NCBI GenBank assembly: GCA_035519475.1
Contig: DATIWI010000179.1
Span: 29,499-93,498, forward strand
Source of the DNA: Opitutaceae bacterium
GTDB taxonomy: Bacteria > Verrucomicrobiota > Verrucomicrobiia > Opitutales > Opitutaceae
Direction: 5' to 3'
Length of the DNA stretch: 64,000 nucleotides
Part shown: positions 1 through 8,886 of the stretch, one piece after another
Layout: each line of letters starts with the position of its first letter
How positions within the stretch are numbered: the first letter of the stretch is position 1
Notes under the pieces: generated by a model
Databases searched by the model: none
What the model saw: only the letters and a program-made list of their open reading frames with translations
What the model was told of the DNA's origin: nothing
Position numbers and translations under genes: made by a program

Positions 1-357
1 TTGACGGTGCCATTGTCAGTGGTTCCGGAAGCGGCAGGCGGGTCCGCCTCGGCTGCCCCGGTTCCGAACGCCGCAGTCGGCCCCGGCGCGGTGGGAGTGG
101 ACAAGGAGGAGCCCGGCGTCAGCTACATCAAGGCCCCGATGGTCGGCACATTTTACCGGGCACCCTCTCCCGAAAGCCCGCCATTCGTCGAAGTGAACGC
201 CAAAGTTTCGGAGAACTCCGTGGTCTGCATCATCGAGGCCATGAAGATCATGAATGAGATCCAGGCCGAGGCGAAGGGGACGGTGGTGGAGATTCTAGTG
301 GAGAACGGTCAACCAGTTGAGTACGGCCAACGCCTGTTCAAGATCAAGCAGGCTTGA
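1..357 (+). CDS. accB: Biotin carboxyl carrier protein of acetyl-CoA carboxylase, C-terminal part (5' end probably outside the window)
   Basis: Biotinyl-lysine motif EAMKIMNEI inside a lipoyl-like C-terminal domain. Sits directly upstream of accC. The frame is open to the window edge. Confidence 0.9.
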   Translation: MTVPLSVVPEAAGGSASAAPVPNAAVGPGAVGVDKEEPGVSYIKAPMVGTFYRAPSPESPPFVEVNAKVSENSVVCIIEAMKIMNEIQAEAKGTVVEILVENGQPVEYGQRLFKIKQA

Positions 358-439
358 GGCGCGGCCTTTTTCCGCGTCCTTTCCTGACGGGCGTGTTGTA
401 CGCTGGAGTCGCGGGTGAGCAGCAGCGGTTTCTTTGTTC

Positions 440-1801
440 ATGATCCAGAAGATCCTCATTGCCAATCGCGGTGAAATCGCCCTCCGGATCGTGCGCGCCT
501 GTCGTGAATTGGGCATCAAGACCCTGGCCGTTTACTCGGAGGCGGATGTCCAGTCGCTCCATGTCCAACTCGCCGACGAGGCCATCTGTATCGGCGGCCC
601 CAAGAGCGCGGACAGCTATTTGCGCGCAGACCGCATCATCAGTGCCGCCGAAATCGCCGATGTCGACGCCATCCATCCCGGCTACGGTTTTCTCTCGGAG
701 AACAGCAAGTTCGCGGAGCAATGCGAGTCGTGCAACATCAAGTTCATCGGCCCGAAGTCCAAGAGCATCAAGCTTATGGGTGACAAGGCGATCGCCCGGG
801 ACACCGTCCGCAAGGCCAGCGTCCCCACCGTGCCGGGTTCCGATGGCTCCATCGATTCTGAAGGCGAGGCGGTGAAGATCGCGCGCAAGATCGGCTATCC
901 CATCATCATCAAAGCCGTGGCAGGCGGAGGCGGGCGCGGCATGCGGATTGCCCATAACGACGTGTCGTTCGCGAAGGAATACCACATCGCCCGGGCCGAG
1001 GCGGAAAAGGCCTTCGGCAACGGCTCAGTCTACATCGAGAAATACATCCAGAGTCCCCGGCACATCGAATTCCAGATTCTTGCGGACAGCCACGGCAAGG
1101 TGCTGCATCTCGGCGAACGCGACTGCTCGGTGCAGCGCCGGCACCAGAAGCTAATCGAGGAATCCCCTTCGCCGTTCCTGTCCTCCGACCTCCGCAAGCG
1201 CATGGGCAAGGCCGCCGTGCGCGCCGCCGAAGCGGCCGAATACGAGAACGCCGGCACGGTCGAATTCGTCGTCGATGCCCACGGGGAATTCTACTTCATC
1301 GAGATGAACACGCGCATCCAGGTCGAGCATCCGGTCACAGAGGAGGTCACCGGCATCGACCTGATCAAGGAGCAGATCCGCATCGCCTCGGGCGAAAAGC
1401 TCAGCGCGGACCAGAAGGACATCGAGTTTCGCGGACACGCCATCGAGTGTCGCATCAACGCCGAGGATCCCGCCCGCAACTTCACCCCTTCACCCGGCAC
1501 CATCGGGCTCTATTACGCGCCGGGCGGCCATGGGGTACGGGTCGATTCGCACGTCTACAGCGGGTATACCATTCCGCCTTACTATGACTCGATGATTGGC
1601 AAGCTCATAGCCCACGGCGAAAATCGAAAGACGGCGTTGGAGCGCATGTATCGCGCCCTGAGTGAATACCTTATTCGCGGAATCAAAACCACGATCCCGT
1701 TGCACAAGGCGATCTTGAGTGATCCCGTCTTCATCGCCGGCAAAGCCACCACCGCGTACCTTGAGGAGTTTCTCAGCCGGACGCCGCCTGATCTGTTCTG
1801 A
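440..1801 (+). CDS. accC: Acetyl-CoA carboxylase, biotin carboxylase subunit
   Basis: Full-length ATP-grasp biotin carboxylase ([14 protein letters not shown]..., [14 protein letters not shown]). ATG at 440 preferred over the TTG at 434 used by the track. Confidence 0.95.
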   Translation: MIQKILIANRGEIALRIVRACRELGIKTLAVYSEADVQSLHVQLADEAICIGGPKSADSYLRADRIISAAEIADVDAIHPGYGFLSENSKFAEQCESCNIKFIGPKSKSIKLMGDKAIARDTVRKASVPTVPGSDGSIDSEGEAVKIARKIGYPIIIKAVAGGGGRGMRIAHNDVSFAKEYHIARAEAEKAFGNGSVYIEKYIQSPRHIEFQILADSHGKVLHLGERDCSVQRRHQKLIEESPSPFLSSDLRKRMGKAAVRAAEAAEYENAGTVEFVVDAHGEFYFIEMNTRIQVEHPVTEEVTGIDLIKEQIRIASGEKLSADQKDIEFRGHAIECRINAEDPARNFTPSPGTIGLYYAPGGHGVRVDSHVYSGYTIPPYYDSMIGKLIAHGENRKTALERMYRALSEYLIRGIKTTIPLHKAILSDPVFIAGKATTAYLEEFLSRTPPDLF

Positions 1802-1824
1802 CCAGAACGCGAGTTGTACCTAGT

Positions 1825-1841
1825 CGTGGCGCCTAGCCACG
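1825..1841 (+). terminator. Weak hairpin downstream of accC
   Basis: CGTGGC-gccta-GCCACG, a 6-bp stem 24 nt after the accC stop. No U-tract follows. Confidence 0.25.
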
Positions 1842-2346
1842 CGCATCCCGCTGCTTCGTGCAGACTCGACCCGCCGCGGAAGCGCCGCGGAGAATCGAGC
1901 GGCGGAGGGCAGAACCGTTCTTCATTCTGACGCAGCCGACTCCAGATCCCTCGCGCACCGCCATGCCCGAGCCGCCCGCAGGTCAGCGTCAACCGTTCTG
2001 GCCGGACCTGCACGCTGACGGCTCGCTGATCTGCGCGGCGCAACTGCGCCAGTCCTGAGGGCCATTCGAACACGACGATCCGAGGACTGGATGGTTTGGG
2101 TTCCTGGCAGGCAGCAGCTTGCCCACACCGCCGATCTGACGAGACCTGTCCCGAATTCTGCATACACCACCCAACTCCATGCAATCGTCTCGGGCTGTGG
2201 CGACGATGAATGGCCATCAAGAGGCGGCTCATTTTCTATCGATTTTACAAGACGCTCAAGATCATTATATTGCACACATCAATTCCCGGCGTATTGCTGG
2301 AGGTTTGACCTCGCTTTTGGAGTACGGTAAACGTTTTGTTAAAAAT

Positions 2347-2361
2347 TGGCATTAACGCCGC
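2347..2361 (+). promoter_or_regulatory. Candidate sigma-54 (-24/-12) promoter upstream of the pilin-like operon
   Basis: TGGCATtaacgccGC has the GG-N10-GC spacing and 5/6 match at -24 (TGGCAC), but a poor -12 (CCGC instead of TTGC). It lies in the AT-rich stretch ~60 nt upstream of the ATG at 2421. Confidence 0.25.
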
Positions 2362-2420
2362 TTTGAAGTTCATCTGAGGGACTTGCCCTATCATAAAAGT
2401 CTGCTTCCCAGCCATGTGCT

Positions 2421-2915
2421 ATGAGGCGATCCCCAAGTAACAAGTCTGGCTTTACCCTGCTCGAAGTTGCGTTGGCATCCACGATCCTATTGGTGGGATT
2501 CATCGGCATGGTCCAAGCGCTCGCCATCGGCTCGGAAATGCTCGACACGGCGCGAAAACAGACAATCGCCGCGCAGATCATTCAAGCGGAGGTCGACTAT
2601 CTGCGCATTCAAAACTGGGGATCGATGGTCCAGAATCTCTCGAACCAGAGTCAGATTACGCTGACTTCCAACCCCGGAAATCCAACCAGTGGCTACCGAC
2701 ATCTGTATGGCACGAGCCTAGCCAGCATACCGATCCGAAATCTGAAATATGGATGGCAGGTGACCAATGTTCGGGTCGACGGCAGCGGCAATCCTGTGCT
2801 CCGGCAGGTAACGATTACGGTCACTTGGATCAGTGTGACCGGGAAACCGCATTCGCGCAGCAGCAGTGCGTACTTTGGCAAATACGGTCTCAATGTCTCC
2901 TACCGAAAGCCATAG
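2421..2915 (+). CDS. Prepilin-type N-terminal cleavage/methylation domain protein (minor pilin/pseudopilin, PilV/GspI-like)
   Basis: N-terminus MRRSPSNKSG/FTLLEVALASTILLVGFIGMV is a class III signal with Gly-Phe junction and Glu+5. Small size (164 aa). Confidence 0.8.
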   Translation: MRRSPSNKSGFTLLEVALASTILLVGFIGMVQALAIGSEMLDTARKQTIAAQIIQAEVDYLRIQNWGSMVQNLSNQSQITLTSNPGNPTSGYRHLYGTSLASIPIRNLKYGWQVTNVRVDGSGNPVLRQVTITVTWISVTGKPHSRSSSAYFGKYGLNVSYRKP

Positions 2916-3579
2916 CGGCGTGCCCGCACGGTGCCTCCCGGGCTTCAGCCTCGTGGAGCTGATGATCGCCATGAGCATAACCATGGTGATTATCGCCGCC
3001 ATCCTTTCGAGCTACACGTTCCTCGGACGGAATCTGATCCGCGACTCCAACCAGCAACAACTCGAAGCCCAAAGCCGCCGGATGCTGCAAGCGCTGGCCG
3101 CGGATGCGCACACCGCCGATCGGGTTGCCTACAGCTACGATCCCGCCAATGACATCAACCAGGAATCCATCTGGCTGGCCATGCCAACGTCTGGTCGGCT
3201 CACGTTTCGTTCCAGCATTCCCAACGGTTCCGGCGGTACCTATATCTACGCGGTGACGTATGTATACGACTCGAATGCCGGCACACTCACCCGCACGGTT
3301 TCCTCCGGCGTTTCTTCCGGAACTCCGCCTTCGGGATTCAATGCCACTCCTCTGGTTCTGCTGACCGGTCTGCCGAAGGCGGGCGGCTCCGATCCGCTAT
3401 GGACCGGGTTCGGCTATCTCGACCAGCAATGCCTTTCCGCTGCCAATACGCTCAGCATCAAGGCGGTCGAAGTGAGCACATTCACGATCGCCGCCGGTTC
3501 CGCTGCCGCCGGCACCCAGTCGCGATTCACCACCGCTTCCGCGCGCCTGGTCCTCCGCAACAAACATCTCGTCCGGTGA
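2893..3579 (+). CDS. Prepilin-type N-terminal cleavage/methylation domain protein (minor pilin, PilW/GspJ-like)
   Basis: LPG/FSLVELMIAMSITMVIIAAILS motif. ATG at 2893 (alternative GTG at 2866) overlaps the end of the preceding gene. Confidence 0.75.
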   Translation: MSPTESHSGVPARCLPGFSLVELMIAMSITMVIIAAILSSYTFLGRNLIRDSNQQQLEAQSRRMLQALAADAHTADRVAYSYDPANDINQESIWLAMPTSGRLTFRSSIPNGSGGTYIYAVTYVYDSNAGTLTRTVSSGVSSGTPPSGFNATPLVLLTGLPKAGGSDPLWTGFGYLDQQCLSAANTLSIKAVEVSTFTIAAGSAAAGTQSRFTTASARLVLRNKHLVR

Positions 3580-3580
3580 C

Positions 3581-4969
3581 ATGGCGCGCAATCCTACAGT
3601 AGCAAAGGACGGTTCAGCGGTGTTGGTGGCGCTTTGCCTCACCATGGTCCTGGGTATTGCCGTGATCGGCTACGTGGCGGTGTGCGCGCGGACGATGGAA
3701 ATGAGCAACCGATCCTTTTGCACGAACGGCGCCGTCCAGCTCGCGGAGATCGGAGCCGAGGAGGCGTTGTGGACGCTCAACCAGGCGCGCGCTAATCCGG
3801 CGGCCTACGACTGGGCGGCGGCGGGCTGGACGAAGGCCGGCAGCACCGTGAATAAATCGCTGGGCGGTTTCTTCACGAATCAGGGAGTGCCGGGCGCGGT
3901 CAGCATCCAGATTGATTCCTGTGACTACGATGGCATTGCCCACACGACTCTACCGGTCATTACGGCCAGCGGTGCTTCGCAGATGCCGGACGGACTGGCC
4001 ATCACCAAGCAGCTCAAGATCAAAGTCCGACCCGCCGCACTCTTCACCAGTGCCGTGGGGGCTTACAACTCCTGCAGCTTCACCATCAACTGGAGTGCCT
4101 GGTTGGACAGCTATGAGTCCACGGTCGATCCGGATCCGGCGTCCGGGCTGCAAACCAGAAGGGACGAAGCCCTGGTCAACGCCCCCAGCGTCGCTGTGAA
4201 TGCGGCCCAAGTCTCCGGATTTGTTGCCACGACGGGATCGGCCCCCGCCTACACCACCGGTGGCAAAGTCACCCGGGCCGACACGCCCGGCGGCGTTTCC
4301 CGCGATCCCCGGTATGTCTTCACCAACGCCAGCCAGAATCTGTTCGAGATCGTGGCGCCGAGTGGGGCGGGGACGACGGTGTCGGGAATTGCCGAACTCA
4401 AGGCCGCTCCATTCTATAGCCAGCTCGGCACGGCGGGTGCCACCACTCCCACTATCTTCTATGTGACCGGCGATCTGTCGGTCCTCTCGAGCGCCGACAA
4501 TCTGACCATTAACGGGCCTGTGATCATTCGGATCTCCGGCAATCTGACCATCAACGGCACCGGCCAGATAATCATCAACAAGGGTGCTGACGCCGCCCAC
4601 AACGGCTCCGCCCAGATCTTCGTCGGAGGGCGACTGGATATCGAAGGTGCGGGCGTGGACAACAAGACGAAACTCCCCAAGAATCTGGCCACCATCAGCA
4701 CGAGCTCCGGTTCCTATGCCGACATCAATTACTACACCGCCCAGCTCGCGACTTCCGGAGCCTATTACGGCGTCATCTACGTTCCCTACGGATCGCTCCG
4801 GCTGTACGCGGTGTATGGCAGCACCACCATTTGCGGTGCGGTGCTCGCCCAGACCGTCGACCAGGGCTGGGGCAACGGCTACTTTCATTACGACCTGAGT
4901 CTGCGGGACGCAGTCTACCCGACGCTGAACACGCCCTATGATGTTTCCCAATGGCTGGTTTCGAATTGA
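3581..4969 (+). CDS. PilX_N-like pilus/pseudopilus-associated protein with a large repetitive C-terminal domain
   Basis: Hydrophobic N-terminus GSAVLVALCLTMVLGIAVIGYVAVCARTMEMSNRS resembles PilX_N. Starts 2 nt after the previous stop. C-terminal G/N/I-rich quasi-repeats. Confidence 0.6.
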   Translation: MARNPTVAKDGSAVLVALCLTMVLGIAVIGYVAVCARTMEMSNRSFCTNGAVQLAEIGAEEALWTLNQARANPAAYDWAAAGWTKAGSTVNKSLGGFFTNQGVPGAVSIQIDSCDYDGIAHTTLPVITASGASQMPDGLAITKQLKIKVRPAALFTSAVGAYNSCSFTINWSAWLDSYESTVDPDPASGLQTRRDEALVNAPSVAVNAAQVSGFVATTGSAPAYTTGGKVTRADTPGGVSRDPRYVFTNASQNLFEIVAPSGAGTTVSGIAELKAAPFYSQLGTAGATTPTIFYVTGDLSVLSSADNLTINGPVIIRISGNLTINGTGQIIINKGADAAHNGSAQIFVGGRLDIEGAGVDNKTKLPKNLATISTSSGSYADINYYTAQLATSGAYYGVIYVPYGSLRLYAVYGSTTICGAVLAQTVDQGWGNGYFHYDLSLRDAVYPTLNTPYDVSQWLVSN

Positions 4970-5123
4970 ACTGCCTACGGTGGGTGGACCAATAGAAAAA
5001 CGTTGTCATCTGGAGCAGCCCACCTGCATGTTTCCCTATCCTGCCTCGCCATCACGTTGAACCAAACTAGCCTGCACCGCCGACCCGGCGCCGCCCCGAG
5101 CCTTTGCTTCGGCCTCCCCTGCC

Positions 5124-6170
5124 ATGCTGCTGCGCAGATCCCGTAGTGGAGTGGTTATTGAGATTAACCCGTATGGCGTGTTGATGGCACGCTTGGGCCG
5201 GCTCGGCAGCGCCGCCATGCATGTCGAGCAGGTGCGTGAGCTGCCGGCCGACGATTGGGACGGCGTCAGCCGCGAACTGCACGCCCTGTTGCCCGAACAC
5301 AAGACCTACGTGCCGGGGATCTGCGGCATCTTCCCGCCGACCCGGCTGCTGCAGCGCGAGGAGGTCAACCCTAGGAAGCTCGCTGAGCCGGATTATCTGC
5401 CCACGGTTCTGGCCAACCAGTACAAGATCCCCTCCGACAAATGGCGCATCGCCTTGGTCAGCCCTTTTGACGGCAATCCGTTCGATGCCGAACACCCACC
5501 CATCAAGGACGTGCTCTTGTGCGGTGAAGCCATGGAGGAGCTTCTCGTCGCCCAACGCCGCTTTCTCAGCCTGGGCGTGCATCCCCGGCGGATGGAAATC
5601 TCCTCGCTGCCCGTTCTCGGCGGCGTGCAGAGCTATCAGGCCATGGTCGGTGATTCCCAGCCGGCGGCCGTGGTCGAATTCGATCTCCATCGCACCTACG
5701 TGTTCATCCTGGGCAAGGGCGGCGTCCATACGCCCGCCCCTCTCGAATTCGGCTTTGGCGCGCTCGTGGAAACCGCCCGCAAAGAGCTCAATATCGAGGA
5801 TGCCGGCACCGCCCGGAGCCGTCTGCTCGCGGGTGAAGCCGAAATCGTGGCCCGGGCACCGCGCCTGCTCCGCCAGTTGGTGCGCAATCTCAAACCCGCC
5901 ATCGACTACTTCGAGCTGCAGACTGGCCAGCGGGTAAACGACCTTTACTGCACGTTCCTACCACCCGGCCTCACCTGGCTGGCGCGATCGCTCGCCGCTT
6001 CGATCGAAATGCAGGTGCTCGCCGTCGATTGCTCCGCCTGGCTCACGGCGCTGGGCATCACGTTTGCCAGCGAGGTCCCCGACCGGCTTGGCCCGCACTG
6101 GCTGAGCGTGTTCAGCCTCATCGCCGGGCTCAGCCCGGCCTCCCATGCCAAGAAAACCGAGCGAGTTTGA
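5124..6170 (+). CDS. PilM-like assembly protein (divergent actin-like fold, cytoplasmic)
   Basis: 348 aa with no TM segment. Its position is immediately before PilN/O-like genes. Weak PilM-like blocks (GVHPRRMEISSLPVLGG, EFDLHRTYVFILGKGG). Confidence 0.5.
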   Translation: MLLRRSRSGVVIEINPYGVLMARLGRLGSAAMHVEQVRELPADDWDGVSRELHALLPEHKTYVPGICGIFPPTRLLQREEVNPRKLAEPDYLPTVLANQYKIPSDKWRIALVSPFDGNPFDAEHPPIKDVLLCGEAMEELLVAQRRFLSLGVHPRRMEISSLPVLGGVQSYQAMVGDSQPAAVVEFDLHRTYVFILGKGGVHTPAPLEFGFGALVETARKELNIEDAGTARSRLLAGEAEIVARAPRLLRQLVRNLKPAIDYFELQTGQRVNDLYCTFLPPGLTWLARSLAASIEMQVLAVDCSAWLTALGITFASEVPDRLGPHWLSVFSLIAGLSPASHAKKTERV

Positions 6171-6735
6171 TCTGGGGCCAAACTGGCACCTGGATTACCG
6201 CGATCTGGCGAGCCTGCCCGAGGATCGCGTGGTGCGGGTGCGTTTTCTGGTCAATACCTGCGCCGGCGCCGTCACCGTCATCCTCCTCACCATCGTCGGC
6301 TGGCAGCTTCTCGCGCGCTACAGCGTCGCAGCCCAGCTCCGCTTTTGGGACGAGAAGATCGCGGCGCACCAGCGCGAATACAGCGAATTGCAGCTGGTGC
6401 TGCGCGACTACATGTCCGAATCGGACAAGATCAAGGACGCCTATGATCTCATCTATTCCCCGTTCGTGCCGTCCGAGTTCGTGCTGACGATTGGCCGCAC
6501 GCTGCCGGATCGCATGACCGTTGACATGATCGGGTATGCGGACGGGATGATCACCATGCGGGGCAACCTCGCCGAGCCGCCCGAAGCGGCCAGCCGGGTG
6601 CTCGGCCGCTACATCGAAAGCCTGCGGCGCGATGCCCAAATTGGGCCCCTCTTCAGCGACATCTCGGCGCGCAGCCTCGACCGCGCGAAGGATGGCGACC
6701 TGTTCAATTTCGAAATCGTGCTCAAGCCCCATTGA
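6145..6735 (+). CDS. PilN-like bitopic inner-membrane protein
   Basis: Short cytoplasmic N-terminus, one TM (VNTCAGAVTVILLTIVGWQLL), then a coiled-coil periplasmic part. Its start overlaps the 3' end of the PilM-like gene by 26 nt. Confidence 0.55.
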   Translation: MPRKPSEFDLGPNWHLDYRDLASLPEDRVVRVRFLVNTCAGAVTVILLTIVGWQLLARYSVAAQLRFWDEKIAAHQREYSELQLVLRDYMSESDKIKDAYDLIYSPFVPSEFVLTIGRTLPDRMTVDMIGYADGMITMRGNLAEPPEAASRVLGRYIESLRRDAQIGPLFSDISARSLDRAKDGDLFNFEIVLKPH

Positions 6736-6744
6736 CCCACCGCC

Positions 6745-7308
6745 GTGAGCCAACGAATTCTGATCCGACTCTGGCAACTGGCGCTGCGCTACCCCTTCGG
6801 CGCGGCGGGTCTCGGCCTATCGCTGCTCCTCGCCGGCGTGAGCATCTGGCTGCACTTCGATTCGCGCGCCCTCGAGGCCCAGCAGCAGAAGCGGGCCCGC
6901 GATGGGGATACCATGCTCAAGTTCATCGCGCGCGGCTCGCAATTGCGGACCGAACTCGCGACGGTGCGCGCGGCGGCGCAGCGCATCACCGAGAGCCTCG
7001 TGGTGGAAAAGAATATTCCGGAGAACTTCTGGTATTTCTACAAGATTGAGCAGGACACCGAGGTGAAGTTGACGGAGCTGCAGCAGCGCCCGGCGCCGCT
7101 GCAGGACGCGGGAACACCTGGCACCTACAAGCGCGTGCCCTACTCTCTCAAGCTCACCGGCCCGTTCCGCGGAGTCGTCGCCTTCCTGCAGCGGCTCGAA
7201 TCCGGTTCGCGCTTCGGCCGCATCAATTCCTTTCAACTGCAGCGTCAGGATCCCGCCGCCAGCAACGTGGTCCTCCGACTCGATCTCGAACTGCTCGGCT
7301 TCCCATGA
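6745..7308 (+). CDS. PilO-like bitopic inner-membrane protein
   Basis: GTG start. One TM (AAGLGLSLLLAGVSIWL), a coiled coil, and a C-terminal block YSLKLTGPFRGVVAFLQRLE typical of PilO. Confidence 0.55.
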   Translation: MSQRILIRLWQLALRYPFGAAGLGLSLLLAGVSIWLHFDSRALEAQQQKRARDGDTMLKFIARGSQLRTELATVRAAAQRITESLVVEKNIPENFWYFYKIEQDTEVKLTELQQRPAPLQDAGTPGTYKRVPYSLKLTGPFRGVVAFLQRLESGSRFGRINSFQLQRQDPAASNVVLRLDLELLGFP

Positions 7309-7778
7309 CCATTCGTTCCCTCACCGCCGGCTTGTTGCTGCTCGGCCTGCCGATCCTGCGGGCCGCCGAGAGCCCGGCTCCTGAAACCAGCAGCTTCGAG
7401 CAGACCCGCGCGCGGATCGACGCCCTGCTGCAACGGCGGGATTCCCTTCCGCTTCTGCCGGTCGTCCCGCGCAATCCCTTCAGCCGCCCCAGCGAGCGGC
7501 TCCCGGCCACGGTCGACCCGTCGGCTGCGGCCAAAGCCACCGCGCTGTCGGACCAGGAGCTTCTCGAGCGACTGGCCCCGACCGTCCAGGTGCGCGGGAT
7601 CCTTGAGAAGGACGGGCGTCCTGCGATCATCATCGGGCGCAAACCCTTTGGTGAAGGTGACACGCTGCCGGTCACTTTTGGCGCAAACACGCTTGACCTC
7701 CGGGTGGGACGAATCACCAGCGACACGTTCACGCTCAGCTACAAGGAGGCCGAGCTGACGCTGCGCCTGCCCCGTTAG
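7305..7778 (+). CDS. PilP/GspC-like small periplasmic protein
   Basis: Signal peptide MTIRSLTAGLLLLGLPILRAAES. C-terminal beta-rich block VQVRGILEKDGRPAIIIGRKPFGEGDTL. ATGA overlap with the upstream stop. Confidence 0.4.
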   Translation: MTIRSLTAGLLLLGLPILRAAESPAPETSSFEQTRARIDALLQRRDSLPLLPVVPRNPFSRPSERLPATVDPSAAAKATALSDQELLERLAPTVQVRGILEKDGRPAIIIGRKPFGEGDTLPVTFGANTLDLRVGRITSDTFTLSYKEAELTLRLPR

Positions 7779-8368
7779 CCGGGCGGGGCGCTCTCGCTCA
7801 GGCGCGCGATCACCCCTGGCAGCAAGGCGTGCTCGGCTGCGTGCATCTTGGCTTCGAGCGTCTCGAGCGTGTCGCCGGGCTCAATGCTCACCGCCCGCTG
7901 GTCGAGGATCGGCCCCCCATCCACTTCCGAGGTGACATAGTGCACCGTGCAACCGGTGATCTTCACGCCCCGGCGCCAGGCCTGGCCGATGGCATCGAGT
8001 CCCGGAAAGCTCGGCAACAGGCTCGGATGGAGGTTGATGATCATCCGGGGAAAAGCGTCGAGAAACGGCGGCTTGAGGATGCGCATGAAACCCGCGAGGA
8101 CAACCAGCCCGGGCGCGCGCGCCCGGATGGCCGCGATGTAGCGCGCCTCCCCCGCTTCGTCGAATTTCGTCCTGAACGGACCTGGATCGATGAACCGCGC
8201 CGGCACGCCGAATTGGCCGCCCAGCTCCAGGATGCGCGCGTCGGGCTGATCGGAGAGGATCTCCGCGACCCGCGCGCTCCCGAGCCGCCCCTCCTGCTGC
8301 GCCCGCAGAATCGCCTCGGCGTTGCTGCCGCGGCCGGATCCAAGCACGACCACGCGCATGGGATTCAT
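7775..8368 (-). CDS. purN: Phosphoribosylglycinamide formyltransferase
   Basis: MRVVVLGSGRGSNAEAIL N-terminus and the INLHPSLLPSFPG formyltransferase motif. Confidence 0.9.
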   Translation of the reverse strand: MNPMRVVVLGSGRGSNAEAILRAQQEGRLGSARVAEILSDQPDARILELGGQFGVPARFIDPGPFRTKFDEAGEARYIAAIRARAPGLVVLAGFMRILKPPFLDAFPRMIINLHPSLLPSFPGLDAIGQAWRRGVKITGCTVHYVTSEVDGGPILDQRAVSIEPGDTLETLEAKMHAAEHALLPGVIARLSESAPPG

Positions 8369-8871
8369 AGGCCGCCGGCCGCCTGGATCTTCGCGACAAG
8401 GGCGGTCGTGCTGAATCCGGGCAGATAGGGCAGAAACCGAATGCGCGCTCCCGCCTGAGCAAGGGCAGCGCGCTCGGCCGGATCCAGCGTCGCCAGCGTG
8501 TAATCGCCCGCCTTCACGTAGAGGTCCGGCTGCAGAGCCTTGATTGCCCGCACCAGCCGGGGATGATTGAAGATCACGATGCCGTCGACGGCGGCGAGTT
8601 GGGCGAGATTGTACGCCCGCGAAGCCTCATCGAGGATCGGCCGCCGTGGGCCCTTCAGCTGTCTGACGCTCCGATCGGAATTCAGGGCCACGAACAGCCG
8701 TCCGCGGCGGCCCGCCAGCTTCCGGGCCTGCCCGAGATAGGCGGTATGCCCCGGATGCAGCAGATCGAACACGCCATTGGTGAGCACAAACCTCCCCCGC
8801 GCCCGGCGCAATCGCCGCCGCGCCGCCACCGCCTGCCGGAGTGTCATCAGCTTGGCATTTCTCAGCCTCAT
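8365..8871 (-). CDS. Cytidylyltransferase-family protein, RfaE domain II / HldC-like (D-beta-D-heptose 1-phosphate adenylyltransferase-like)
   Basis: LTNGVFDLLHPGHTAYL (HxGH nucleotidyltransferase motif). 168 aa with no kinase domain. ATGA overlap with the purN start. Confidence 0.75.
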   Translation of the reverse strand: MRLRNAKLMTLRQAVAARRRLRRARGRFVLTNGVFDLLHPGHTAYLGQARKLAGRRGRLFVALNSDRSVRQLKGPRRPILDEASRAYNLAQLAAVDGIVIFNHPRLVRAIKALQPDLYVKAGDYTLATLDPAERAALAQAGARIRFLPYLPGFSTTALVAKIQAAGGL

Positions 8872-8886
8872 GAGGAACGTAGGGCC

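Noticed and set aside
1922-2275. 117-aa minus-strand ORF (GTG start) in the accC-pilin spacer, and the 216-aa ORF at 1582-2232.
   Set aside because: Only about half of its third positions are G/C, versus mostly G/C in real genes here. There is no motif, and the longer ORF overlaps the 3' end of accC.
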